Made by a program: the position numbers and the translations under genes
Source: Patescibacteria group bacterium
Lineage (GTDB): Bacteria; Patescibacteriota; Microgenomatia; UBA10105; UBA927
Assembly: GCA_049322955.1 (NCBI GenBank)
Contig: JBMOPU010000012.1
Coordinates: 19,581-83,580 of the forward strand
DNA: 64,000 nucleotides
Direction: 5' to 3'
Part shown: positions 47,968 to 58,527 of the stretch, piece after piece
Layout of the letters: every line of letters begins with the position of its first letter
How positions within the stretch are numbered: position 1 is the stretch's first letter
The notes under the pieces: generated by a model
Database searches by the model: none
Seen by the model: only the letters and a program-made list of their open reading frames with translations
Told to the model about the DNA's origin: nothing

Positions 47968-48630
47968 ATGGCAGAACCTATTACGCCTATCCGTGATTCT
48001 ACACAAACATTCACCGAGATTGCGGCGGTGGAGCGAGATCTTGTACTCTTTCGCGACGGCTCGGTCGCTCTCGTTATTTCGACGACTGCGGTGAATTTCG
48101 GACTGCTTTCCGAAAAAGAACAGGATGCGATTATTTATTCCTATGCGGGGCTCTTAAATTCCCTGTCCTTCCCAATTCAGATCCTTATCCAAACAAAACA
48201 CAAGGATATTTCCGCCTATCTTAAACTGCTTGAGGATCAGGAAGGAAGACAAACGAACCCCAAACTCACCAAGAATATTCACAGCTACCGGTTGTTTGTT
48301 GCGTCCATGGTGAAAGAAAAGGATGTGCTTGATAAGAAATTTTATATCGTTATCCCCTTTTCCAGCATCGAGTTGGGAGTTTCCTCGTCCCTGCTGTTTA
48401 GTCCCAAAAAATCCGGTCTTCCCTATGAAAAATCCTATATTTTGGATAAGGCCGCCATGGTGTTAGGTCCGAAACGGGACCATATTGTCCGACTGCTTGC
48501 ACGCGTGGGACTCAAGGCGACACAGTTATCATCCGATGCGCTCGTCAAACTGTTTTTCAGCATGTATAACCCCGGAAGCCCTGCGCCGGACGTATCAAAA
48601 CTTTTCCCCGGAAAGGAGCCCCGTGAGTAA
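47968..48630 (+). CDS. hypothetical protein
   Basis: 220 aa, between the PrgI-like and VirB4-like genes. Confidence 0.4.
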   Translation: MAEPITPIRDSTQTFTEIAAVERDLVLFRDGSVALVISTTAVNFGLLSEKEQDAIIYSYAGLLNSLSFPIQILIQTKHKDISAYLKLLEDQEGRQTNPKLTKNIHSYRLFVASMVKEKDVLDKKFYIVIPFSSIELGVSSSLLFSPKKSGLPYEKSYILDKAAMVLGPKRDHIVRLLARVGLKATQLSSDALVKLFFSMYNPGSPAPDVSKLFPGKEPRE

Positions 48631-50557
48631 TCCGTTTGACTTAAACGCTATGGTCGGCAAATTGCTGAACCCCACTCCCCCGTCAAAAGGCGGCGTTCCC
48701 GCGACCGGCAAGCCCCTTGCCGTAACGGATGTCATCGCTCCTCCCGCCATTGAAGTGGACTTTGATCTTCTGAAGATCGGCGATTGGTATTATCGCTCAC
48801 TTTTTGTCGCGGGTTATCCTCGCTTTGTTTCCGCCAACTGGCTCGAACCGCTCGTTTCGTTTAATCACACGCTTGATATTTCGATGTATATTTATCCGAC
48901 CCGGAGCGAAGAGATTCTTGAAAACCTCAAGCGCAAAGTGGGAGAAATGGAGGCAACCATTCAGTCTGATTTGAAACGGGGTCGCGTCATCGAACCGTCC
49001 GTGCAGGTTGCCTTAGAAGATGCGCTCGCCCTCCAGCAAGAACTCGCAAAAGGGTCGGAGCGTTTCTTCCAGTTCGGCCTTTATGTCACGATCCCCGCAA
49101 AAACCCGTGAAGATCTCGACAAAACGACAAAGTCGGTTGAGGCAACCTTGGGAAGTCTTTTGATCGTCACGAAAAAATCCATCCTCCAAATGGAAGAAGG
49201 CCTCAAAACAACGCTCCCCATGGGAAAGGATCGCTTACTGGTGACGCGAAATATGGACACCACGTCCCTCGCAACAACCTTCCCCTTCACCACCAGTGAA
49301 CTTACCGCAAATGAAGGAATTTTGTACGGGCTTAACGAGCACAACGATTCGCTTATCATATTTGACCGCTTCACGCTCGAGAATGCGAATTCCGTCGTAT
49401 TCGGCAAGTCCGGAGGAGGAAAAAGTTACATGGTCAAACTTGAAATCATGCGGAGCCTGATGTTTGACACCGAAGTCATCGTCATCGACCCCGAAAATGA
49501 GTATGAGGCGCTCACTCATACGCTCGGCGGCGAGTATATTCGTTTCCGTTTCGGATCAGCAACAAAACTCAACCCTTTTGATCTTGCATTGCTGGGTAAC
49601 GACGGGTCGTCGCAAACGGAGCTCAGCCAAAAAGTTTTATCGCTCCACGGATTTTTCCGCGTCGTCATGGGAAAACTCACGCCAACCGAAGACGCGCTTC
49701 TTGATCGAGCGCTCATTCTCACCTATAAGCAAAAGGGTATCACTCCCGACCCCACAACCCATGGGAAAGAACCTCCGCTTATGGAGGATTTGTATAAAAC
49801 GCTCGTCGGCATGGAAGAAACGCTCGCAAAAGGACTTGCCGATCGCATAGAAAAGTTCGTGAAAGGAAGTTTGGTCGGCATATTTGATCAGCAAACGAAC
49901 ATAGAGATCAGAAATCAACTCACCGTCTTTTCTATCCGGGATCTGGAGGATGAATTGCGGCCGATCGCCATGTACCTTATTCTCGATTTTATTTGGAATA
50001 AGGTTCGTCACAATAAAAAGCGCCGCCTCCTCATCGTCGACGAGGCATGGTACATGATGAAATATCCCGATTCCGCCCAGTTTCTTTATGGCATAGCCAA
50101 GCGCGCCAGAAAATATTATTTGGGGCTTACGACCATCACGCAGGACGTTGAAGACTTCATGGCGACGGAAATGGGCAAGGCGATTATCCAAAACAGCAGT
50201 ATGCAAATACTCCTCAAACAGTCGACCGCGGCAATTGAAACCATCGCACAAGTTTTTTATCTTTCCGAGGGAGAAAAACATTTACTGCTTGCGGCCGATG
50301 TCGGACAAGGGCTCTTTTTTGCAGGGCCCGCTCACGCCGCCATGCGGGTCATTGCAAGCCCCGAGGAGCATGAGGTGGCGACCACCAAACCGCAGGAGGC
50401 GCTGAAACCGAAGAGTGTTCCGCCGCAACCGGCCCAACAACCGGTAACCGCCTCCCCAACCGGTCATACGGTCACCGTGCAACAGCCGACAATTCCTCCT
50501 ACAAGTAACCGGCCGATTTTCACTGTTGAAACAGTGGATACGAAGCCCATAACATAA
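48623..50557 (+). CDS. VirB4/TrbE-like T4SS ATPase
   Basis: Walker A GKSGGGKSY followed by VIVIDPENEY. Walker B LLIVDEAW. GTG start after AGGAG RBS chosen over the overlapping ORF-track start. Confidence 0.65.
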   Translation: MSNPFDLNAMVGKLLNPTPPSKGGVPATGKPLAVTDVIAPPAIEVDFDLLKIGDWYYRSLFVAGYPRFVSANWLEPLVSFNHTLDISMYIYPTRSEEILENLKRKVGEMEATIQSDLKRGRVIEPSVQVALEDALALQQELAKGSERFFQFGLYVTIPAKTREDLDKTTKSVEATLGSLLIVTKKSILQMEEGLKTTLPMGKDRLLVTRNMDTTSLATTFPFTTSELTANEGILYGLNEHNDSLIIFDRFTLENANSVVFGKSGGGKSYMVKLEIMRSLMFDTEVIVIDPENEYEALTHTLGGEYIRFRFGSATKLNPFDLALLGNDGSSQTELSQKVLSLHGFFRVVMGKLTPTEDALLDRALILTYKQKGITPDPTTHGKEPPLMEDLYKTLVGMEETLAKGLADRIEKFVKGSLVGIFDQQTNIEIRNQLTVFSIRDLEDELRPIAMYLILDFIWNKVRHNKKRRLLIVDEAWYMMKYPDSAQFLYGIAKRARKYYLGLTTITQDVEDFMATEMGKAIIQNSSMQILLKQSTAAIETIAQVFYLSEGEKHLLLAADVGQGLFFAGPAHAAMRVIASPEEHEVATTKPQEALKPKSVPPQPAQQPVTASPTGHTVTVQQPTIPPTSNRPIFTVETVDTKPIT

Positions 50558-50562
50558 CGGGT

Positions 50563-52710
50563 ATGGCAGACGAGGCTCAATCACTGCAGGAATTTACCAA
50601 AAACCTCCTTTCCGATGTGGAAAGCGGCGCTATTTCCGTACACGAAGCGCTTGCGGCCGCCGAACAGTATTCCTATTTGCGGGAAGAAATTTCCGCCGCG
50701 TCCCTCACCTTAAGTGAGGCGGCGGCCGCGGGAGACGATGAACTTACCCAGGCATTCATTACGCTTATTTCCGCAACAATCGAAAAAATAACGGAGCTTC
50801 CCAATTTCCAGTCGCAGAGGCCGGACAGCCTGGAAACGGAAAAGGAAATACGCGATACCGCGGCGCTTCAAAAAACGGCCGCAACCAGACTGCGGGAGGC
50901 AACGGCGAACAAACCGGGAAAAGACGCCAGGCGGGCATTCGTTCATGACCTTGTCGCAAAGTTTAGCGCAACGGTTCCGTCTCTGTCGGAACGGGAGATG
51001 GAGCGCTTGGTCAATGCCTCTGCGGCAACTGCGGCACAACAATCAACTGCAGAACAAGAAGGGCGCTTCAGAACCGAACTTTCAACGCGAATTGCCGGCG
51101 TTTCGGAAAACGATTCGCCGGAGCAACGGCGACGAATTGAGGCTATCGTCGATACGGCGGTAAAAACCAGAACGGGCGCGGTTACCGACCATATCCGCGT
51201 GGTGGGAGAAGAAGTTGCGGTGTTTTCCGTGTTATTTAACGCGGAAGACATGAAGCGGCCTGACGTGTTTGCCGATATCGTTCTCCATGCGCCCGGTTCG
51301 GAAAACCTCGATCAGACGTTGGCTCGTGCGGAAAAGCTTGCCCGCGCGGCTCAGGCACTTGAAGAGGCGGCGGGATCCCGCGGCGGCAGGTTGCAATTTT
51401 TTTCAAGTGACGGCGCCAAGGGAGTAGCGGGCGGATTACAAAAAGGTGCCGACGGCATTCTTTCGCTTGTGGGAGAACCGGTTCGTGACATGGTACTGAG
51501 GGAAAAAGTGAACGGCACGTTGCGGTCGATGCTTGCGGGTACCCAGCAGTTTGCAGACAGGCTGGGAGAATCGTTTGTTCATTCCGCTCTTTTTACCCAT
51601 ATCGGCCAGGATCTTACAAAGCAGTTGTCCCAAAAACCCCAAGGGGGCGGCGCCGGAGGCGTGTTGGGTGACGTTTTCTCAACGGTTTTTCGCGGCCCGC
51701 TTAGTCTCCCTCTCGAGAGGAGTACCAAAAATGCCATTCTTGATTACTACGAACTTGCGCGCGCAAATGCGGCGGCTCCTCCCGGCCGGGCGTTTCTTGC
51801 TCCGGGTGTTTTCCCTTGGGACATTTTTCGGGTGGCGGATCGGGCAAAAAATGCGGCGGCATCAATACGTGCGGGAGGTGCCCGTTCGCGTTCCCTATTT
51901 CCTTTTTTGGGCCTGGGATCCGCAGGCGCTTTCCTCGGCGACTTTCTGAGCGGACTTGTTGATCGGGTGACTTCATTTGCACTCCTCAATCCGAGGCTTC
52001 CCGGGCAACTTTCAGCGGGAAGAAGGGCCGCGGCAATTCCTACGGCAATAGTGGATGATATGCCGCTTTTCGTGGCACTTGTCGTCGTTGTTGTGCTCGT
52101 GCTTTTTTTCCTATTCCCTTCGCCATTAAATATTACCCAGATAAGCCATAGTTCAAAGATAACCGCGCTTTTTTCCTCGCTTACGGCAAACGAAGACGTG
52201 CCCGCAACCACCAATAATAACGGGTGGCCGGTAAAGTGCGGGTGTATTATCAACGGGCCGTTTGAAGACACCCACTCAGACAATCAGCTCAACGCCATCG
52301 ACTTTAATTTTGAAGGATGTAGTCCAAAAACAAACGTGGGGCTGTATGCTACCGCAAAAGGGAAGGTTACCGCGATATCACAGCAATACGGCGTCGGGGA
52401 AACCTGTTTTTCCCGTGCTGAGTGCGGTGGAAGAAGCACCTACGGCAACTATATTCAGATCACCATCACGGAAGGGCCGGCAAACGGCTATGTCCTCCTT
52501 TACTCCCACATGGCAACCATAAAGGTGCACGAGGGACAGAGCGTTGAAAAAGGAGATCTGGTTGGCACCAGCAACCATAATGGGTTATCTTACCAAGAAC
52601 ATCTACACTTTGAGGTGATGGGGAGCCATTCCCATCCCCCGCTCAACCAGACGAATCCGGTCACTCCGCAGGCCGCAACAAACGGGCTGTGTGTTTCGGG
52701 TGGGATATAA
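50563..52710 (+). CDS. membrane-associated M23-family metallopeptidase (cell-wall hydrolase) with long N-terminal helical region
   Basis: C-terminal M23 motifs HSDNQLNAIDF ... NGLSYQEHLHFE. Internal TM (MPLFVALVVVVVLVLFFLF). Confidence 0.6.
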   Translation: MADEAQSLQEFTKNLLSDVESGAISVHEALAAAEQYSYLREEISAASLTLSEAAAAGDDELTQAFITLISATIEKITELPNFQSQRPDSLETEKEIRDTAALQKTAATRLREATANKPGKDARRAFVHDLVAKFSATVPSLSEREMERLVNASAATAAQQSTAEQEGRFRTELSTRIAGVSENDSPEQRRRIEAIVDTAVKTRTGAVTDHIRVVGEEVAVFSVLFNAEDMKRPDVFADIVLHAPGSENLDQTLARAEKLARAAQALEEAAGSRGGRLQFFSSDGAKGVAGGLQKGADGILSLVGEPVRDMVLREKVNGTLRSMLAGTQQFADRLGESFVHSALFTHIGQDLTKQLSQKPQGGGAGGVLGDVFSTVFRGPLSLPLERSTKNAILDYYELARANAAAPPGRAFLAPGVFPWDIFRVADRAKNAAASIRAGGARSRSLFPFLGLGSAGAFLGDFLSGLVDRVTSFALLNPRLPGQLSAGRRAAAIPTAIVDDMPLFVALVVVVVLVLFFLFPSPLNITQISHSSKITALFSSLTANEDVPATTNNNGWPVKCGCIINGPFEDTHSDNQLNAIDFNFEGCSPKTNVGLYATAKGKVTAISQQYGVGETCFSRAECGGRSTYGNYIQITITEGPANGYVLLYSHMATIKVHEGQSVEKGDLVGTSNHNGLSYQEHLHFEVMGSHSHPPLNQTNPVTPQAATNGLCVSGGI

Positions 52711-52719
52711 TAGAAGAGT

Positions 52720-53721
52720 ATGAGATTTTTAAAAAAACGTGCGGTGATTCTTACAATACTCTTATTCCTTCTTCTGGGAGGGGCGCTGGCATTTCGATCC
52801 GTGCAAAAAAACGTCACCCCCACCGTCACTCCCGCTCTTCCGACGGCCATTCCCATATCCTTGTACCCGTTGCCGCTTGTGAGCCCCGCCGCGGAAAATC
52901 AGTCAACGGTGTTTGTGGTGGGTTTTACGCCAAAAGACGAAGTGAAAACGGTTCCTGCGTATCGCGCGCTACCGACCGATCCATATGGGGTAGCGGAACG
53001 GCTTGCCAATAAAGTGCTCAGCAATCCGACGATGAGCCAGGACTCGGGCGTCAGGTTTTGGAAAACATCGAGCGCCCAGGTAACCGGCCAGGCAATTCCA
53101 CCGCGCGTCTCGTATCAGGCATATGACCTCCCCACACAGACAGGTCAGGGGCTTACCGAGGCGCGTGCCGAAGAAATAGCGCGAGACACCGCCCGGGATC
53201 TCGGTGTCGTGGGAGCGGAATATTCCTTTACAAACCCCATCGTGAGCAGATTCGACGGAACCCGCACACACCCCGAAGGAGAAGTGCAGAGCGGCGGAAT
53301 CACGAAGGTCGGTCTTACCTATATGCTTGCGGGGTTGCCGGTAGTGGATAGCACGGGAGGCTCATTACTGTTTTCGGTGACTGTTGACATGACCGGCAAG
53401 ATGTTGGGGTTAAGTACTGCGGTTCCTCCTACGGTGTTGCTTGCTAACACGGTGTCCGTTATTCCCATAAGCCAGGCGGTTGTCGCGCTTACCAACAATA
53501 GGGGGGTGCTTACTTCCGCTCAATACGATAGGGTGGATGTCGGGGCGTCTCTTGTCCGCCCCCGCATAAAAAACGCAACAATTACGTCCGTGGCACTAAA
53601 ATACCTCTGGAACGACCGAGCGCAGGTTGTTATGCCGGTTTATGTGTTTGACGGTTACTCCGATGATGATATCCAAAACGGCCGAATAAACCTCCTCTAT
53701 TTCGTCTCTGCCACGCCGTAA
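52720..53721 (+). CDS. hypothetical exported/membrane-anchored protein
   Basis: N-terminal TM/signal, 333 aa. Confidence 0.45.
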   Translation: MRFLKKRAVILTILLFLLLGGALAFRSVQKNVTPTVTPALPTAIPISLYPLPLVSPAAENQSTVFVVGFTPKDEVKTVPAYRALPTDPYGVAERLANKVLSNPTMSQDSGVRFWKTSSAQVTGQAIPPRVSYQAYDLPTQTGQGLTEARAEEIARDTARDLGVVGAEYSFTNPIVSRFDGTRTHPEGEVQSGGITKVGLTYMLAGLPVVDSTGGSLLFSVTVDMTGKMLGLSTAVPPTVLLANTVSVIPISQAVVALTNNRGVLTSAQYDRVDVGASLVRPRIKNATITSVALKYLWNDRAQVVMPVYVFDGYSDDDIQNGRINLLYFVSATP

Positions 53722-53753
53722 GTCCCGGCGTGTTGGCACGATGCCCGCATGAT

Positions 53754-54860
53754 TTAGGAGCTTACCCGAACCGGCATGATGATGTGGATGAATCCATCGT
53801 CTTTCACCGGCCGGAAGAGTCCCGAGTTAAGCGAGCCGGTCATTTCAAATAAAAATTCGCTTTCGGAAAAATTCGTTAAAAAGTCCAGGAGAAAACGGCT
53901 GTTAAACGCGATCTCTCCCCCCTCCCCGTCAATTTTTGCGGCTATTTCCACAGCATTTTTCCCCGTCTGTGCGGCGTTTGCAGAAACGGTTATTTGTTGT
54001 TTGTCCAACTGTAGGCGGACGATGTTCGCATTGTCACGGGCAAAGATAGCGGCAGACTTCACCGCATGAAGAAAAGGCTCTTTTTCGATAAGCGCCCGTG
54101 TCGTAAATGTCTTGGGGATGATTCTTTCAAAGTTGGGGTACTCTCCGTCAATGAGGCGGGTGCAAAGCGTCGTGTCTCCGATGATAAAGCCCGCCTGGTT
54201 TCCTCCCGCAAGCCCGATGCGCACTTCTTTTTCCTCTTTTTCCTCACCGCTTAGGCGAACGACTTCGGAAAGCGCCTTTGCCGGGATAATTGATCCCGAG
54301 AGTTTCCCTACGGGAAGATCAACGCGCCGAAGGGAAAGCCGGTATCCGTCGGTCGCGACAAACAGCGTTTTTTCCCCCTCGTCGACGATACGAACGCCGG
54401 TTAATACGGGCCTTCCCTCATCCGTTGCCGCGGCAAAGAGAACGCTCGACAATACGCCTCCGAGCTTTCCTTTATCAATCCCTGATGCTTCTTTCGCGGC
54501 AAGGTCGGGTTTTTGCGGAAACTCCTTTGCATTGACGGTAGGAAGCTCCGCAGTAAATTTCCCGCACGAAACATGGAGCGTCTCGTCGGCAACAACCAAA
54601 TGCACTGTTTCAGGAGGAAGGGATGCCACAAACTCCGTGAGGATACGCGCTGACACGCATACTTCCCCTTCTTTCTCGGTTTTGCTTCCTACCCAGATCG
54701 TTTCGGTTGTTTCCATGTTCGTGGCGGTAATTTCCAATCCTTGGTTCGTGGACACAAGCTTTATATTTTGGAGAACCGCTAGTTGTGGCCGGGGAGGAAC
54801 CACTCTCGTTATCCGCGTTAATGCTTTTAAAAGGTTTTCTTGAAGAACTTTGATATTCAT
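53754..54860 (-). CDS. dnaN: DNA polymerase III beta subunit (sliding clamp)
   Basis: MNIKVLQENLLKAL start, three-domain length of 368 aa. Confidence 0.85.
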   Translation of the reverse strand: MNIKVLQENLLKALTRITRVVPPRPQLAVLQNIKLVSTNQGLEITATNMETTETIWVGSKTEKEGEVCVSARILTEFVASLPPETVHLVVADETLHVSCGKFTAELPTVNAKEFPQKPDLAAKEASGIDKGKLGGVLSSVLFAAATDEGRPVLTGVRIVDEGEKTLFVATDGYRLSLRRVDLPVGKLSGSIIPAKALSEVVRLSGEEKEEKEVRIGLAGGNQAGFIIGDTTLCTRLIDGEYPNFERIIPKTFTTRALIEKEPFLHAVKSAAIFARDNANIVRLQLDKQQITVSANAAQTGKNAVEIAAKIDGEGGEIAFNSRFLLDFLTNFSESEFLFEMTGSLNSGLFRPVKDDGFIHIIMPVRVSS

Positions 54861-54956
54861 ATATATCTCTACAGTAATAGTATTAGAATTAACGCGTGGA
54901 AAAGTGTATGGGTTTTTGGTTTGTGTGTCAACTACGGGAAGAAACGGAGTTTTACA

Positions 54957-55034
54957 ATTGTGGAAAACAGGGGTGAACCCCCCAACAAAGATTGTGGATA
55001 ATTCTGTGGATAATCACCCTACTTTTGTGGATAA
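54957..55034. promoter_or_regulatory. oriC DnaA-box cluster (3 perfect TTATCCACA boxes + 1 variant)
   Basis: tgtggataa at 54992, 55005 and 55026 (reverse complement of TTATCCACA); tgtggaaaa at 54959. Confidence 0.6.
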
Positions 55035-55044
55035 GTGGAAAAGC

Positions 55045-56412
55045 CTAAGAAGACGAGGCCCATAGCTTTTGTTTTATCCCCGCCACCGCGGAACGAAGGC
55101 TCTCGTTTGTGGACAATTCCTGGGTTATTGTTTCCACCCCGTGCATGATAGTGGTGTGATCTCTTCCCCCGAGGCTCCCGCCGATATCATCATACGTAAG
55201 CCCGAGCTCCGTCTTTGCCAAATACATATACACCTGTCTTGGGCGGGCGATCGGACGATCCCGCTTTGTTCCCTTGAGCGCCGTTGCCTTGACGTCGAAG
55301 TACGAAGAAACGGCATCAAGGAGCTCTTGTGAAGACACTCTTTTGGTTGGCGTTGAGTCGCGGTTAACCAGGGTTTTTGTGTTGAGAAGCGACGAAACTA
55401 GGTCTGGAGTAATGGGTTGCGGGTGTGCGGCAAGCTCGGTAGCAAGACGCCGCAAAAACCCCTCAATGGCACGCGCGTCCACCACGTTTGCGGCAATAAG
55501 CTGTGCGGCATCATTCGGGGCATTCAATCCCAGCGCCTTTGCCTTGATATTTACGATGGCCGCGCGAAGCTCAAAATCGGGGGGAGAAATATCGACGATA
55601 AGCCCCCCCTCAAAACGGCTTCGAAGCCTATCTTCAAGCCGGGAGATTTCGTGCGGAGGCCTGTCCGACGTGAGGAGCACCTGTCCTCCTTCCCGAAGCA
55701 CCGCGTTAAACGTATGGAAGAATTCCTCCTGGGCCGTCTGCTTTCCTGCAATAAACTGTACATCGTCAACCATCAGAAGCTGTGCGCCTCGATATTTTTG
55801 TTTAAATTGTCTTGCTGTTTTGGATTGTATTGCCTCGATGATTTCGTTTAAGAACTCTTCACCCATGCAATAAACGACCCGAAGCGACGGCTTGACCATA
55901 AGGATGCTGTTCGCGATGGCATACATAAGATGCGTCTTACCGACCCCTACCCCGCCATAAAGAAAAAGAGGGTTATAGGCGCCGCCCAGCGTTTTAGCGA
56001 CCGCGGTAGCCGCCGCATACGCGAGCTGGTTTGTTGTGGAGACCGCATAGTTATCAAACGTTAAGTCGGGATTAATGTGGAGCCGCTTTGCCTGCATTAG
56101 CGCCGTCGTTTCGGTTTCTATCGGTTGCATAAAAAGCGGTCCGACGCTCCCCGACTCCGATTCTTTTTTGGGCAGAACCGTAAAAACCAGGCTCGTGTTG
56201 CCGCCCGTTTTATGATCAAGCGTACTTTTAATGAGGCTGTAATACCGTGTTTCCGCGAGCGTCCGCATGATGGGACTCGGAAACCCGATGGATGCTACCT
56301 CGCCGTTTAATGCAACGAGCTCCGAATGGGCAAAATGCGTGTGATACGTCGCTTTTGAAACAGAAAGCTCTATCTCCGCCAGTACCGATTTCCAAAGCCT
56401 CGTAAGATCCAT
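55045..56412 (-). CDS. dnaA: chromosomal replication initiator protein DnaA
   Basis: Walker A GGVGVGKTHL, DnaA domain III/IV patterns. Confidence 0.9.
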   Translation of the reverse strand: MDLTRLWKSVLAEIELSVSKATYHTHFAHSELVALNGEVASIGFPSPIMRTLAETRYYSLIKSTLDHKTGGNTSLVFTVLPKKESESGSVGPLFMQPIETETTALMQAKRLHINPDLTFDNYAVSTTNQLAYAAATAVAKTLGGAYNPLFLYGGVGVGKTHLMYAIANSILMVKPSLRVVYCMGEEFLNEIIEAIQSKTARQFKQKYRGAQLLMVDDVQFIAGKQTAQEEFFHTFNAVLREGGQVLLTSDRPPHEISRLEDRLRSRFEGGLIVDISPPDFELRAAIVNIKAKALGLNAPNDAAQLIAANVVDARAIEGFLRRLATELAAHPQPITPDLVSSLLNTKTLVNRDSTPTKRVSSQELLDAVSSYFDVKATALKGTKRDRPIARPRQVYMYLAKTELGLTYDDIGGSLGGRDHTTIMHGVETITQELSTNESLRSAVAGIKQKLWASSS

Positions 56413-56529
56413 AGAAGTTCACTGAGCAGAAGCCCGGGCAGAAAAGTGGATAAGTTGTCCACATAGTACGGTCGTCCCGTCAAAAAGTCAAGCAGAGTCC
56501 TCCCGACAGGCGTGTTATAGTAGGAGACA

Positions 56530-58527
56530 ATGGCAACGAGCACGTTTTGGTCCATCCTTATTAGCGGCGTCCTTTTTGTGACGATGCTTCTTGGAGATTC
56601 GCGCCAACACATTGTCGATGTGCTCGTGGTGGGAACGACGGTGTTTAGTTGTGTGGTGTTGCTCAAAAAAAAACAATTATTCACGCTTCCCGTAGCGGCA
56701 ATGGTGCTTTGGATAATCGTTTTTATTACTTCTTTCCCGGTTTTTTCACCCGACAGTCTCGGCCCCGCGCCGCAAAGCTATATACGGTATCTTTTCGGTT
56801 TTGTCTTGTTTGCCGTATGCTACTCGTTGAGCAGTAATGCAGTTGCAAAAATAGCGGCAAGATCACTCGTTATCGTCGGCGCCACCGCATCACTGTCAAC
56901 CGCCGCATTTCTCTTTTTTGATAGACCGTCATGGTTACCCACCATGAACCTTCTCTATCCTTCCTACGGGCACAATCATGCCGTGGATCTCCTCATTGTG
57001 GTGTTTCCGTTATTGTTATACAGCCAGACGCCCGGAATCGTCGTGCGCGTTATTCTTTGGGCATTCTTTCTTTTGGGTGTTGCGCTGTCTTTTGCGCGCG
57101 GCGCCTGGGCACTCCTTTTGGCGTATGTTGCGGGAAGCGGATTATTTACACAGCACACGCAAAGAAAACGGCGGTATGCCGTAGTAAGTATTATTCTTGC
57201 AACGCTCCTTATCGCGGGAATAAGCCTTCCCGCCTCGTATCGCGACAATCTTCTCTCGTACTCCCCTCTTTCACGGCTTGCCGCCCGCATGGCCGGCAAA
57301 GGAAACATACTTGCCGATCCGAGACAGGAATATTGGAAACAAGCGATGACTATGATTCGGGAACGGCCAGTTTTCGGTTCGGGAGCGGGAAGCTTTTACT
57401 TCGGTTCCCGAAGACTGCAATCTCGGCCGAGCTCATATTCCTGGTTTGCGCATTCGTTTATCCTCCAGGTGCTTGCGGAACAGGGGTTGTGGGGCGGCCT
57501 TCCGATCCTTGTTCTTATGGGGTGGGTGTCCTGGAGAATGCTCCGCTTTATCAGCATCCATCCGCCCGAGCAAAATCTGATAAGTCGTCTTGCGCTTGGC
57601 GCATTGCTTGCCATTGGCTATTCATTTTTTGAGTTTAATCTCAGTTTTGCCGTTGTTTGGGCGATTTTTTGGTGCATTGCGGGTATAGTTCTTGGGGCGA
57701 ACAAGGAAACGCAGGCGAAAGCAAGCGGCGGATTGTATGTGTACCCGCTTTTTATTTTAGGATTATTTTATATTCTCTACACGGCGCAAAGCGTGGTCTT
57801 GGCGGTTTCTCCCTCACATGCCCGCCTGGCGTTTTTGCTTACGCCGTTTGATGCGGGTGCGGCACAGTATTATTTGGCTTCCCCTTCCTTTGTCCCGACG
57901 GACATGCCAATCCTCACGGCGTTTCACAAAAAAGATCCTGAAACACTGCTTGTCATTGCGGCGACCCAGGAACGCCTGGAGCAACAGGATAAGGCTTTGG
58001 TGACACGAGAAACGCTGTTACGACTGGATCCTTTGCTTGAGGAAAATCATGCAAAATACTTTTCTTTGCTTGTGAAACTTGGGAAATATGAAAAAATTGC
58101 CGATTGGCTCTCGGCATATCCCCCGTTTCTTTTTCCTTCAAAAATCGAGACGTCCGTATTTACCCAACGCCCCCCTGAGGCCTTTCTAAAAGCTGAAGGG
58201 GAAAAACTTCAGGAACTCTTTGATGCGGTCCGGTCACACGAGGTGCGGTATGCGCGGTTCTATTACCGCCTTGGTTTATGGTATCTTACGACCCGGCCGG
58301 AGGAAACAAAGAGGTTTTGGAAAGCGGCAACCGCACTTGATCCGTCGCTCAGTTATTATTGGGTTGAGCGTGCCGCATTGGAAACCCATGTGTTTTTCAA
58401 CGACACCGGTGCGATGACGGTGCTTCGTGATTGTATGGCAATCGCGACCGCCGGCGAGCACTGCAGACAAACCTTGTATTCTCATATTCCTGCCCCAGGA
58501 TATTATGCCAGTACGATTGATAAATAA
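56530..58527 (+). CDS. O-antigen ligase/polymerase-like (Wzy_C) membrane protein with C-terminal TPR-like region
   Basis: Multi-TM N-terminal half with FARGAW motif, soluble helical C-terminal part. Confidence 0.45.
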   Translation: MATSTFWSILISGVLFVTMLLGDSRQHIVDVLVVGTTVFSCVVLLKKKQLFTLPVAAMVLWIIVFITSFPVFSPDSLGPAPQSYIRYLFGFVLFAVCYSLSSNAVAKIAARSLVIVGATASLSTAAFLFFDRPSWLPTMNLLYPSYGHNHAVDLLIVVFPLLLYSQTPGIVVRVILWAFFLLGVALSFARGAWALLLAYVAGSGLFTQHTQRKRRYAVVSIILATLLIAGISLPASYRDNLLSYSPLSRLAARMAGKGNILADPRQEYWKQAMTMIRERPVFGSGAGSFYFGSRRLQSRPSSYSWFAHSFILQVLAEQGLWGGLPILVLMGWVSWRMLRFISIHPPEQNLISRLALGALLAIGYSFFEFNLSFAVVWAIFWCIAGIVLGANKETQAKASGGLYVYPLFILGLFYILYTAQSVVLAVSPSHARLAFLLTPFDAGAAQYYLASPSFVPTDMPILTAFHKKDPETLLVIAATQERLEQQDKALVTRETLLRLDPLLEENHAKYFSLLVKLGKYEKIADWLSAYPPFLFPSKIETSVFTQRPPEAFLKAEGEKLQELFDAVRSHEVRYARFYYRLGLWYLTTRPEETKRFWKAATALDPSLSYYWVERAALETHVFFNDTGAMTVLRDCMAIATAGEHCRQTLYSHIPAPGYYASTIDK

